Shown in pieces: positions 7,974 to 18,043 of a stretch of 64,000 bases of DNA. The position numbers and the translations under genes were made by a program. Numbering within the stretch: the stretch's first letter is position 1; every line of letters starts with the position of its first letter. This DNA comes from a virus (Duplodnaviria; Caudoviricetes), in IMG/VR virus record IMGVR_UViG_3300035501_000922, one strand, 5' to 3'. Below the pieces are notes generated by a model. The model was not told the origin of the DNA, did no database searches, and was given only the letters and a program-made list of their open reading frames with translations.

Positions 7974-9161
7974 TTATTGTACATCATTTAAAATTTCATT
8001 TAGCGGTTTGTACAAATATGATGAAATTCTTTCAGGTGGAATTTCTCTATTATATTCAATACCAATAAAGTGAGAAGTCTTATCTTCCAGACTCATATTT
8101 CTATCAAATATGAATGAATACTTATCTGTTTCTTTTTTTACTTCTTCTTTTTGTTGTCTCCTTTTGACATCAATATAACCATTCATAATTTCTACTTTAA
8201 TACAATCGTTGAACTTATACTTTTCTTTTAAATATAGTATCAGTGATTCAGGGTCATCATGAGATTCAGGAATATTAAAAATAAACCTAACGTGGTCAAA
8301 AGCCTTAGATTTAATAAGTTTATCAATAGCATTAAGTTTGTCTTCCATTTCACTCATAGAATTAAACACTTTATCTTTATATCCAAAAGATATAGTTTTA
8401 TAAATTGGTGCCATTGTATTTTCAATAAATTCATGGCTATACTTTTCTTTCTTAGTATCATACTCTAATCTATAAAATCCCTTAGGTTCTTCTTCACCAA
8501 ATTGCCATCTAGTAAAAGAACCAACATAGAATACATCATCCATATCAGTATTCACATGATAATGTCCAAAGTATGTTTCCCCCTTACAGATTCTCCTAAA
8601 TTCAGCAGTAGAAAAAACTGGCACTTTTTTACGTTTTCCAGATTTATTTTCAATCTGTGATGCAGCTTCTTTCATAGCTTCTCTGATTACACCATGACCA
8701 AATACATAATTGTATTTTTTATTAGTACTAATAAAGTCATTATAATAATCAGATTTATCATATACATGCTCTTCTGGAAGATACAAAATATTCAAATCTG
8801 GAAATAGTTCTTCTTCTGATGCATATTTAACCAATTTGATATCAATATTCTTTATTGATGATAACTTAGTTAATATATTATATTGATTACATTCATGTGA
8901 TTCAGTACCATATATTAATCTTATTTTAGTATCACTACTACAAGAATTAATTATATCTAACATCATCATATATGCATATGAACTTTCTTTATCGTTTAAA
9001 AATAATTTGTGGTCGAAATAATCGCCACAAATTATAATATAATCTATATGTTTTTCTTCTTTCAGTTTTCTTATAAATATATTTTTATATTCTTCATATA
9101 GTTTTTCTATTTCTTTTATTCCTATATGTATGTCACTTATCACATATCCTGTGTATTTCAT
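7974..9161 (-). CDS. SbcD/Mre11-like metallophosphoesterase nuclease
   Basis: SDIH, CGDYFD, GTESHE, FGHG, GHYH and YVGSF motifs. Confidence 0.88.
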   Translation of the reverse strand: MKYTGYVISDIHIGIKEIEKLYEEYKNIFIRKLKEEKHIDYIIICGDYFDHKLFLNDKESSYAYMMMLDIINSCSSDTKIRLIYGTESHECNQYNILTKLSSIKNIDIKLVKYASEEELFPDLNILYLPEEHVYDKSDYYNDFISTNKKYNYVFGHGVIREAMKEAASQIENKSGKRKKVPVFSTAEFRRICKGETYFGHYHVNTDMDDVFYVGSFTRWQFGEEEPKGFYRLEYDTKKEKYSHEFIENTMAPIYKTISFGYKDKVFNSMSEMEDKLNAIDKLIKSKAFDHVRFIFNIPESHDDPESLILYLKEKYKFNDCIKVEIMNGYIDVKRRQQKEEVKKETDKYSFIFDRNMSLEDKTSHFIGIEYNREIPPERISSYLYKPLNEILNDVQ

Positions 9162-9256
9162 GGATTGGACCTCCCTTTCCCCCGGATATTACCAAAATGT
9201 CAGTACTAAAATAAAATTCTATTTTTTTTTGTTATTAGTAAAGCTAATGATTATAT

Positions 9257-9268
9257 TTATATATTATT
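9257..9268 (+). promoter_or_regulatory. Early-type promoter TTATATATTATT
   Basis: Exact motif copy upstream of 9340. Confidence 0.6.
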
Positions 9269-9339
9269 TATATGCAAATAACTCGATTAAAAAAGAAGAA
9301 AATCGAGTACAAGTATATAATTTTGGAGGTTTAAAAAAA

Positions 9340-10227
9340 ATGAGTAAGAAAAACAGAAAGAAAATCATGAACAGAAGACTTGCTGCAATTTTGGCTTGCA
9401 CAGCCATCATAGCAACATGTAGTAGTGTCGCATCTTTAAAAGATGCTGACATGAATAACAACACCATCAACAACGATGTTGCGTATGGAGAAAACACATC
9501 ATCAGCAACAGGAGTATATGAAACTGCTGCATATACAAGTCCTGCTGTAGATACATATGTAGAAATACCAGCAGAAATACCACAGGTGTCATCATCTGAA
9601 TCCTCTGATTCAGATAGCTCAGTAGACAGTTCGTCTGCTGATACATACGGGTTACCTGAGGAAATCATTCCCGAGTCCGAATCAAATGCTACTAAAGCGG
9701 TTGATGAAGTTAATGATGATACATCCGAAGAATCTGAAGAATCCGAAGAATCCGTTTCGGTGTTGGATGGTACCGTCACGTATACACCTTCATGGTGGTC
9801 TGATACACGTATGTCCTACATGGACTATACATGTATAACCGACCAGAGCAGCGACCAGTGGAAGTTACAACATTGGTATGCTTATACTGACTTCACTACA
9901 GGTATAAGAATGGTAAATGGTCGATACTGTGTAGCAGTTGGTTCACAGTATACCACTACCAAAGGACAGTATCTTGATGTCGTTCTTGAGAACGGCACTA
10001 GGATACCATGTATTCTCGCTGACTGTAAAGCTGACCAAGACACTCTTGATGGTCTTGGAAGAATCGGAGCAGATGGGGGGATTGTGGAGTTCGTAGTAGA
10101 TACCCCATATCTTCCTTATATGGTCAGACAGATGGGCTCTAATGAATACCAGTTCGACTCGGACTGGCAGAGCCCTGTGGATTACATTGTTGTTTATGAC
10201 AACGGTGTGAATATCGGAGGAAATTAA
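9340..10227 (+). CDS. Exported/anchored protein with an acidic linker and a C-terminal 3D/double-psi-barrel-like cell-wall domain
   Basis: RBS ggagg; basic N-terminus plus hydrophobic segment; Ser/Asp/Glu linker; RYCVAVGS...ILADCKAD...IVEFVVD C-terminus. Confidence 0.55.
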   Translation: MSKKNRKKIMNRRLAAILACTAIIATCSSVASLKDADMNNNTINNDVAYGENTSSATGVYETAAYTSPAVDTYVEIPAEIPQVSSSESSDSDSSVDSSSADTYGLPEEIIPESESNATKAVDEVNDDTSEESEESEESVSVLDGTVTYTPSWWSDTRMSYMDYTCITDQSSDQWKLQHWYAYTDFTTGIRMVNGRYCVAVGSQYTTTKGQYLDVVLENGTRIPCILADCKADQDTLDGLGRIGADGGIVEFVVDTPYLPYMVRQMGSNEYQFDSDWQSPVDYIVVYDNGVNIGGN

Positions 10228-10350
10228 TTAAAATTAAAAAATACGGCGTTTCATTAGCGTCGTATTTTTTTTTATTTTTTTTAGTATATTTTTTTACTGT
10301 GGGTATAACGTTTAATTAATCTCGTAATAAATATGATTTTTGTTACGAAG

Positions 10351-10362
10351 TTATATATTATT
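10351..10362 (+). promoter_or_regulatory. Early-type promoter TTATATATTATT
   Basis: Exact motif copy upstream of 10422. Confidence 0.6.
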
Positions 10363-10421
10363 CAAACGGTAATACTTTATTGTATTATACATTTTATTAT
10401 TTTGAAAGGAGCCGGTGTCAA

Positions 10422-11126
10422 ATGGCTAATGAAATTATTACAAGGAGTGGAATTACTCCTAACGAGAATGGATTGCCTTTCACGGTGACAACCGCCGATG
10501 TCGAAAATTATCTTCAGGGAAAGATTGACGTCATCACTAACGAGATTGCACGTGCGACAGGCGAGAATTTACCTCACGTAGACATTAAGGTCTACACAAC
10601 AGAAGCGGGAAGAAACTTCCTGCCGTTTATGATTGTTCTTCCGTTATCAGTTTTGGAGGATAATCATAAAAAGAAGAAGAATAACGATGAGCTTCCGATG
10701 TTTAATCCTGAGACAGAATGCGGAGCAGCGAAACTTCAGCGTCCGTATTTCAATATGATTAAGGCTTATGGATACAGTGATGACGATATCAAAGCTTTTT
10801 CATCTGGAGATTGGAAACGTGCAAGAGGTGTAGCAAGCAGCACGATACCTATTCTTAAGAGTGTTAGCAGACCGAAGATTAATACAATTAATGGAAATCT
10901 TCAGATGGTAACTGTTATGCTTGATCCTCTGAGAGTCTTTCACGATATGCTCGTAATGCAGGGAGATAATAATCGTGATTTCCGCATTGAAATTAGCGGA
11001 TGGCAGAAGATTAGAACGGGCGAGTTCCGTTTTGACATTAAGCGTATGACTTACAGAAAGAAGAATAATAAGAAGTATCAGGAAACTTTCGTTGATGAAC
11101 TCAACAGAAAGATGAGAGGCCGCTAA
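10422..11126 (+). CDS. Hypothetical protein (early)
   Basis: RBS gaaaggag; higher GC than neighbours; terminator at ~11153-11188. Confidence 0.75.
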   Translation: MANEIITRSGITPNENGLPFTVTTADVENYLQGKIDVITNEIARATGENLPHVDIKVYTTEAGRNFLPFMIVLPLSVLEDNHKKKKNNDELPMFNPETECGAAKLQRPYFNMIKAYGYSDDDIKAFSSGDWKRARGVASSTIPILKSVSRPKINTINGNLQMVTVMLDPLRVFHDMLVMQGDNNRDFRIEISGWQKIRTGEFRFDIKRMTYRKKNNKKYQETFVDELNRKMRGR

Positions 11127-11247
11127 TTATTAACTTCTTTGCTTTATAAATTGAATGAGTTGGAGATTTTTCTCCAACTCATTTTTTTATTGTAAAATAA
11201 GTCATTTAACTTTTTATTAACAATCTTATTTTAAGGGGGTCAAGAAG

Positions 11248-12345
11248 GTGTCAGATTATAATTCCTTTGATCCTTTCTCAGTGTGCTTTAATATCTTAAA
11301 AATGAGATATAAAGACTATGATGAAAGCTTAAGCTCAAAAGAGTTTCTTGAACCATATGACAAAATTAATGTATTTATTAACTTAGAGACAGTGTTTAAG
11401 CATCTGTCAATGATACCAGATTTAGAAAAGAAATTAGTACTTCAAAGAGATTTCGATATAATACTGGTATCAAATATTTTAAACCTAGCTGCACATTATA
11501 AACGTTTTTTCATAATAAATGGGCTAGATACAAAAGTTTATTTATACCATACTGATTTTGATAGTGACAATTTTAATCAGTATAAATATAATGAGGATTA
11601 TCGCACATATTATTTAGTAAAATATAATGATAATCCTAAATTTGTTTACCTTACAGAGGCTTTAAAAGCATCTATTCTACCTGAGATTCGGACATACTGT
11701 GAGTTTATACCAAATCTATATTATATATCAGCTAAGAATATAGAAGGTTCACTAGTACCTTTAGTTATAGCAAATGAAAATAAAGTAAGAAAAAACTTAA
11801 TTATTGGTGGAGAGTATTATGATACTCAATATAGTTTTATTCCGAAATTTGTTAATCATTTTATTCATAAAGGCCCAGGATATAACTCAGTCACAAGTAG
11901 TCCAAAAGAATACCTAAAAGAAATAACCAAGAAATCTGACGATGATATTAAAGCTATGACAAATATTTATAATTCACATAGCACATACTGTTCATTAATA
12001 TCAGTACTTGGTGACAGGAGCAGGTCTATAGATGGTCTTAGTGGAATAGGACCAAAAATCTTACAAAAATATATAGAATCAGGATTACAGAGAAATGAAA
12101 TACAACTCACAACAACAAATCCTGAAATGATTGGTTCTATCTTTCATGATGAAGATATGAAAGAAGAATTTATTAATAACTACTACTGTACAAGTTTATT
12201 GGATATGTATGATGAACTAACTTCATCAGAAAAACTATCTATAACTAATCAACGACGTGATAGATATGACATGAATTCATTGATATCACTAAATAATACA
12301 AGATTTTATAATCATCCGCTGATTTTGGAATCGTTATCGCTATAA
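11248..12345 (+). CDS. FEN/5'-3' exonuclease (T4 RNase H-like) fold protein with a divergent active site
   Basis: Helix-3-turn-helix motif GDRSRSIDGLSGIGPK; N-terminal VFINLE beta strand. Confidence 0.6.
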   Translation: MSDYNSFDPFSVCFNILKMRYKDYDESLSSKEFLEPYDKINVFINLETVFKHLSMIPDLEKKLVLQRDFDIILVSNILNLAAHYKRFFIINGLDTKVYLYHTDFDSDNFNQYKYNEDYRTYYLVKYNDNPKFVYLTEALKASILPEIRTYCEFIPNLYYISAKNIEGSLVPLVIANENKVRKNLIIGGEYYDTQYSFIPKFVNHFIHKGPGYNSVTSSPKEYLKEITKKSDDDIKAMTNIYNSHSTYCSLISVLGDRSRSIDGLSGIGPKILQKYIESGLQRNEIQLTTTNPEMIGSIFHDEDMKEEFINNYYCTSLLDMYDELTSSEKLSITNQRRDRYDMNSLISLNNTRFYNHPLILESLSL

Positions 12346-12374
12346 GACATTAATATAAAAGGTTGGTGATAACA

Positions 12375-13649
12375 ATGTCTTTATATAAAAGCGGAGATAG
12401 AATACTAAAATGGAGATACTGTACTACTGATTTACAAATATTAATACCGGGAGAAGAAGCTTATCAACTTCCGAGTGAACGATTATCTTCATTAGCTATT
12501 CTTAATGATTACGAAAATAACGCATATCCAGTTTTTAGAATTGAGTTGGTTTTAGAACCATCACTATATTATAAAATATTAGACAACAAGAATGATGTTC
12601 AATTTCATCTGCGAATTCAGAAGTATTATCATCTAAATGATAGTAGTACAAGCTCTTTAAAACGAGATTGTATAAATGATACATTTAATCTTATTTTAGA
12701 TGATGAAGCTTCTGATTTATCAGATGTTACCAAACGTAAAAAATACAAATATAACTTTAAGTACGTAAGAGAAGATGATACAAATGACCTTGAAAATGCT
12801 AATAACAAACTTGAATTTTTTTTATTTAAGTCGAGCACTATTCGAGGAATGAGTAACAAAAACGTTAATGCAGTTCTTAAAGATTGCACCGTAACTGATG
12901 CAATATCATATGTTCTATCTACGGCTGATGTACGTAATGTACTAATGAGTCCACCACATAATACTACAGTATATGATAACATAGTAATTCCACCTATGAG
13001 TTGTATAAGAGCAATGAGATTTCTTGATTCATATTATGGAATCTATAGAACTGGTAGTTTAATGTTTTTTGGGTTAGACTATTCGTATATTTTACAATAT
13101 GATGGAGCATGTACTGCATACAGAACTAATGAAATACAAAATACACAGATTATTATTCCAGCATCAATAGAGGACCATACAACTGAATGCTGCACATTAT
13201 CAAAAGATGTGGATGCAACAACTAACTATATAGTTGCTGATTATCGTTCATTACAGATTATTGACGCATCTATTACGAATGATATAGTATCTGCAAATAA
13301 TGTAGAATTTATTGATGATTACAGTGGGCAAATAACAAAAAATACCAGTAGTACTGATAATGACACACCTGCTGTTAAAATACAGGAAAACACAACTGAA
13401 AATGATTGGTTGGGTCAAACTTATGTTGCCCAAGCATCAGCAATGAATACTGTAGTTAATGTATTATTAATGGATTATGATATTGATATGGTAACACCTA
13501 ATAAAAAATTTAACTTAGTATTTGAAGATACTGGATTGACCAGTAAGTACAACGGAGTATATATGCTCACATCTATAAATCATAAATTTATAAAAGATGG
13601 TAGTGATTTTTCTATTACTAGCATGATACAATTAAAGAAAACAAAATAA
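12375..13649 (+). CDS. Putative baseplate hub/tail protein
   Basis: C-terminal YNGVYMLTSINHKF matches the G-x-Y-x-[IL]-x-x-[IV]-x-H motif of gp27/VgrG-like hubs; upstream gaca-ttaata-ta promoter variant. Confidence 0.55.
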   Translation: MSLYKSGDRILKWRYCTTDLQILIPGEEAYQLPSERLSSLAILNDYENNAYPVFRIELVLEPSLYYKILDNKNDVQFHLRIQKYYHLNDSSTSSLKRDCINDTFNLILDDEASDLSDVTKRKKYKYNFKYVREDDTNDLENANNKLEFFLFKSSTIRGMSNKNVNAVLKDCTVTDAISYVLSTADVRNVLMSPPHNTTVYDNIVIPPMSCIRAMRFLDSYYGIYRTGSLMFFGLDYSYILQYDGACTAYRTNEIQNTQIIIPASIEDHTTECCTLSKDVDATTNYIVADYRSLQIIDASITNDIVSANNVEFIDDYSGQITKNTSSTDNDTPAVKIQENTTENDWLGQTYVAQASAMNTVVNVLLMDYDIDMVTPNKKFNLVFEDTGLTSKYNGVYMLTSINHKFIKDGSDFSITSMIQLKKTK

Positions 13650-13687
13650 AATATGGTGAATGGCAATATTGCCATTCACCATATTTT
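13648..13687. terminator. Perfect 40-bp palindrome; bidirectional terminator between convergent genes
   Basis: aaaatatggtgaatggcaat|attgccattcaccatatttt. Confidence 0.8.
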
Positions 13688-16420
13688 TTATTGGTTGTCA
13701 TTATTGTTATTATTTGAAGTATTAGAACTTTCAGATACTAACGACCTTAAAAGATTCATATAATCTTTCTGTCTATCAAATATTGCTGTAAGAACTGCAT
13801 TGCAATACATTGTAACATAGTTCTTTGCAGCACTGCCTTTATCAGACATATTATTTACACTAGTAGAATTATTGTTGTTATTATTCTGGTTAGTGTTATT
13901 ATTTGTATTGGTGTTGTTATTTGTGTTACCATTGTTATTGTTGTTATTATTTGTATTATTGGAAGTGTTATTATTAGCTTCTGTGAAAAGTAAACCAAAG
14001 TCTACATCACATGCACTTTCTTTAATAACACTACTAATTGAAGTATTAAGATTATCCTTAATATTCTCAATGTTCTGTCTTATTCCGGGTAAGAAGTTTG
14101 TATAGAAAACTTCACAATACGAAACTGCATTACCTATGATAGCCTTTAACATATCACCACTAACATTTGATGCTTGTGATGAAGTATTATTTCCAACCTT
14201 ATAATACTGAGTTATTGCATCTGCAGGCTTATCAGAATTCCATACATTTGCAGGAGGTGCTGACGGGAAAAGAATCTTTAAGATATCATCTTTCGTATTA
14301 GTACCATTCAGCTTCTGCATTGTTGATGTATTGATACGGTTTTTAAGTCCAACCATGTCATTTGTTATATTATTATACGGCATTAATGACTCATAATTAA
14401 GTATAGGCTGTGCGCTGGTTACTCCACCGCAATCTTTATTTAACAATTCATTTTTGAACTTATTAATATATTCTTGGTCTCGTTTTGCCTGTTGTGATTC
14501 AACAATATTGTTGAGTTTTGACATTACCTGCTCAAACCATTTATTTATCTGCTCAACTAATGTCTTACCAAAGTTATTCTTTGTATTGTTAGTATTATTC
14601 TGAGGCGTGTTGTTATTTGTGCTTGTATTGTTATTCGTTGTATTGGTATCAGCTTCAAAAATAATTCTAACACCACGGTCTCTCATTTCACGAGCCTTAT
14701 AATATTCTTTTGTCATAGACTCAAAAATAGCATTTGTAAGCTCTTCATAATCAAGAATGATTGATTCATAAATTGAGTCATTGAAGTTTGTACTTTCAGT
14801 AAGCGGTTCATGTAAAGCAATGGATGTTTCTCTCTTATCTCTCATAACATCAAGATTGAGATTGATATTCTTTAATCTTAACATGAACTTTCCAGCAGTC
14901 ATATTTGTAAGCTTAATGTACTGCTCTTCTAAATCTTTCATAAAGATTTTTAACTCATTAATAGCTTCTGCATTTGCAAATTCACCGTTGATATTATGCT
15001 CAAATCTCTCAGTAAGTGCGTTCATCTTAAGCTTGCAATCATATATATTATTTGCAAGTGTCTCCATGTTCTTAGGATAATCCTTAATTTCATGAAGCAT
15101 TTTAAAGAATACAGTATTGAAATTCTCAACAGGAATACCAGCTGCTGAAGTATACTCTGTAATATCATCAAAACCTTCTACAGTTGATTTGAATCTATCA
15201 TCTAAACGAACACTGAAACCTGCCTTTTCAATGATATTATCAAATACCAATAAGTAGTCATCACTATAGCTTGATATAATATCTAAGCCTTGCGAAATAA
15301 TGATATACATCTTGTTAGCTTCTTGATATTGCTTATTGTCATAGTCTGTGTCATCTATTGCTAAAGATACGGAACCCTCTGAATTTCCCAGTACATTTAA
15401 AGGAGCTACTGGGTTATTCATAAGTAATCCAGTATAGTAATCAAAGATATTACTTGCTATTGTACTATATGCATCAGATTGACCTGCTATTAATGCTTCA
15501 CTTAAACTGTTAGTGTCTGACGGAATTACTATATTAGCATCCATTGCACTTTCAATCATATTCGTTATGTTCTTATTCTTAGAGAGTGCATTATAAAGGT
15601 CAATACACGCATTGATATTATTTGCATATGAATTTATCTTACGAATAACCATATAAGCTAAGAATGAAGTAACATCCATTAAAGCACGGAATGTGTTATA
15701 TGTAATATAATTAAGTCTCTTAACTATATCAGAGGATAATCCCTCTCTTTGTTTAATAGTTTCAATAGTCTTAACATATGCATTTATTTCGTCATCACAT
15801 TTATTTATTGTACTAATGGTTTCCATAGCATCATGTTGTAATGATGCAGTGGCTTCATCCATAGATTTCAGAAAAGGAATAATTGTATCTTTTACGTAAC
15901 CATTATCAGCTTTTCTAAAACCAGAGTTATCAATTTTGATAAGCTGCTTAGGAGAATTCAAATAAGGAAGAGATGTCTTTACCATCTGTTTCTTTACTTT
16001 TTCAGTCATATCCAGAGATACCAACTTATCAATATCAAATTTGTTATCTTCACCTTTAATAGTACGGTCGATAATTAAACCAATATTTGTTACAAACTGT
16101 GTAAGATACTGAGGTTTAATTGTAGTAACATCCGATGTTGTAATATCTCGTACATCATCTGTAATAGAATTAATAACATCTTTACTACAAGTCGAGAAGA
16201 AACTAATCATTTCTTCTTTATGAATTTGCATACTATTAAAGTTCTGAAGAACAGAAGTAATCATTGTAGAATAATGACTAAGCTCCACATTAGTCTTAAC
16301 AAGCCCAACTTTATTTGCTACTGAGTATTTTGCATTCGAAATGAAATTTGACATATCAAATTCACGATAGAGTTGAAGGTCGTTAAGCACATAGTCGTAT
16401 TCGTTAAAAATAGAGGACAT
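13688..16420 (-). CDS. Putative internal head/virion protein with Asn-rich tracts
   Basis: 910-aa ORF with repeated IES/TES/FES/FEA/TEA sites; lies in the paralog block. Confidence 0.6.
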   Translation of the reverse strand: MSSIFNEYDYVLNDLQLYREFDMSNFISNAKYSVANKVGLVKTNVELSHYSTMITSVLQNFNSMQIHKEEMISFFSTCSKDVINSITDDVRDITTSDVTTIKPQYLTQFVTNIGLIIDRTIKGEDNKFDIDKLVSLDMTEKVKKQMVKTSLPYLNSPKQLIKIDNSGFRKADNGYVKDTIIPFLKSMDEATASLQHDAMETISTINKCDDEINAYVKTIETIKQREGLSSDIVKRLNYITYNTFRALMDVTSFLAYMVIRKINSYANNINACIDLYNALSKNKNITNMIESAMDANIVIPSDTNSLSEALIAGQSDAYSTIASNIFDYYTGLLMNNPVAPLNVLGNSEGSVSLAIDDTDYDNKQYQEANKMYIIISQGLDIISSYSDDYLLVFDNIIEKAGFSVRLDDRFKSTVEGFDDITEYTSAAGIPVENFNTVFFKMLHEIKDYPKNMETLANNIYDCKLKMNALTERFEHNINGEFANAEAINELKIFMKDLEEQYIKLTNMTAGKFMLRLKNINLNLDVMRDKRETSIALHEPLTESTNFNDSIYESIILDYEELTNAIFESMTKEYYKAREMRDRGVRIIFEADTNTTNNNTSTNNNTPQNNTNNTKNNFGKTLVEQINKWFEQVMSKLNNIVESQQAKRDQEYINKFKNELLNKDCGGVTSAQPILNYESLMPYNNITNDMVGLKNRINTSTMQKLNGTNTKDDILKILFPSAPPANVWNSDKPADAITQYYKVGNNTSSQASNVSGDMLKAIIGNAVSYCEVFYTNFLPGIRQNIENIKDNLNTSISSVIKESACDVDFGLLFTEANNNTSNNTNNNNNNNGNTNNNTNTNNNTNQNNNNNNSTSVNNMSDKGSAAKNYVTMYCNAVLTAIFDRQKDYMNLLRSLVSESSNTSNNNNNDNQ

Positions 16421-17922
16421 TATGATTTACCTCCTGACTTATTAGAATTTGATGATCCATTAACGATGGCGTCATATTCTCGTTTTATTGCTCTTAAATA
16501 ATCATTTGATTTATGATACCTTTCGGCAACTTCAGGATTTTGTTCAAGATACCCTATAAATTCCGCTCGAGCCAATTCAGTATTCCTAAATTTTTCGATT
16601 GCATCTTCTTTGTTTCTTCTTTTTTTACTCTCTCGATCTTTTATTGATGCATTGATTTTTCCTCTCTCAGAAGCTTCTGATCTGTCTTCCTCAAGTTGAT
16701 TAAGTACTTTTTGATTTTCGTAATCAGAATCAAATTCAAGATCAGCCTGACGAGCAGCTGTTTTATTTTTCTTAGTAATAGTATCAAAGTCATCCTGATG
16801 TTTCTTATCAAATTCAAGATCAGCCTGACGAGCAGCTGTTTTATTTTTCTTAGTAATAGTATCAAAGTCATCCTGATGTTTCTTATCAAATTCAAGATCA
16901 GCCTTGCGAGTTGCCTTTCTCCTACGATATTCTTCATCATGTGTTTTTTTCTTTTCCATTTTTGATGCCTGTTTCATATCATCAATATAACTTGATTTAG
17001 CGTCACCAAACACAACCTTGCCTGGCTTACTTCCGATAACTTTATCTATACCATCAGCTATACTATTTATCATTCTATCAAATATAGATTGATGTTTTTG
17101 GATAGCTTTTGAATACAGTCCATTTCTTTCTCTATTCATAGCAAGCTTCCATGCAATAACACCTTTATCCGCCATTTCAGGATTTTCTTCAGTTATGTGT
17201 TTATAAAATTTATAGTTTTCACTTTTTTGATGCATTTTTGCTTCACTTAATTTATTTTTCCATGTTGTAATTTCTGGCTTAAATTTATGAATGGCAACTC
17301 CAAGTGTTATAACCGCTGTTGCAGCTGCCGCAACTTTCTTAACGTTTGTTGCTTTATCACTGTCAGTTCCAACCCATTTCTTTTTAGCCTTTTCCCATTT
17401 ACCCTTTAGTGTATTAGGGTCAATATCTTTTTCTTTACTCATTTTAAGGATAGCTTCAAATTCCTTATCTAATTCAGATAGAGATTTCATATCTGAAAAA
17501 TCTAATCCACCCTCATCACAAAGAACTTGTATTTTTTCCTTAGCTAATTCTGGGTGTTGCTTTAAAAGTAAATCCATTTTCTTTTCATTAGACTTAAATT
17601 TAAAACCAATACTTTTTACTTTATCAATAAGTCGGTCAATCATTTCCATGAACTTCTTACTCATTTCAATGATTTTTTCACCAATTTTTTCAATAAAATT
17701 TTTATTTTCAGATTCTAAAACAAGTTGCTTGTCTTCATCAATTTCACCAATGACTGATGATTCAAAAATAATAAGATCTGTTTTTGATTTTAAATCGGCA
17801 TAAGCCTCATAAATATCATCCAATGATGTTTCGAGATATCTTTGAAATAAGCTACAAGGATCGTTAAATACTGATCCTTCACATCCATTGTTTATATAAT
17901 TAACACTAATCAATGAGGTCAA
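16420..17922 (-). CDS. Putative internal head/virion protein
   Basis: Acidic leader with FES/LES, then the FIEKIGEKII helix and AAAATAVITLGVAI segment shared with 19261..20889. Confidence 0.6.
   Translation of the reverse strand: MTSLISVNYINNGCEGSVFNDPCSLFQRYLETSLDDIYEAYADLKSKTDLIIFESSVIGEIDEDKQLVLESENKNFIEKIGEKIIEMSKKFMEMIDRLIDKVKSIGFKFKSNEKKMDLLLKQHPELAKEKIQVLCDEGGLDFSDMKSLSELDKEFEAILKMSKEKDIDPNTLKGKWEKAKKKWVGTDSDKATNVKKVAAAATAVITLGVAIHKFKPEITTWKNKLSEAKMHQKSENYKFYKHITEENPEMADKGVIAWKLAMNRERNGLYSKAIQKHQSIFDRMINSIADGIDKVIGSKPGKVVFGDAKSSYIDDMKQASKMEKKKTHDEEYRRRKATRKADLEFDKKHQDDFDTITKKNKTAARQADLEFDKKHQDDFDTITKKNKTAARQADLEFDSDYENQKVLNQLEEDRSEASERGKINASIKDRESKKRRNKEDAIEKFRNTELARAEFIGYLEQNPEVAERYHKSNDYLRAIKREYDAIVNGSSNSNKSGGKS
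16729..16904 (-). repeat. 78-bp (26-aa) tandem repeat, 2 copies plus a partial
   Basis: Unit ADLEFDKKHQDDFDTITKKNKTAARQ; unit starts at 16729, 16807 and 16885. Confidence 0.9.
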
Positions 17923-17947
17923 CCCCTTTCATATCATTAAAATATTT

Positions 17948-17959
17948 TAATAAATTGTT
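17948..17959 (-). promoter_or_regulatory. Late-type promoter AACA-N6-TA
   Basis: aaca-atttat-ta on the minus strand upstream of 17922. Confidence 0.7.
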
Positions 17960-18043
17960 TTTTGCCCAAAATAGGACATATCCTTTCGTTAAGGATATGT
18001 CCTATTATTTGAATTTATAGTGTAAATTTATTTTTTAATAATA

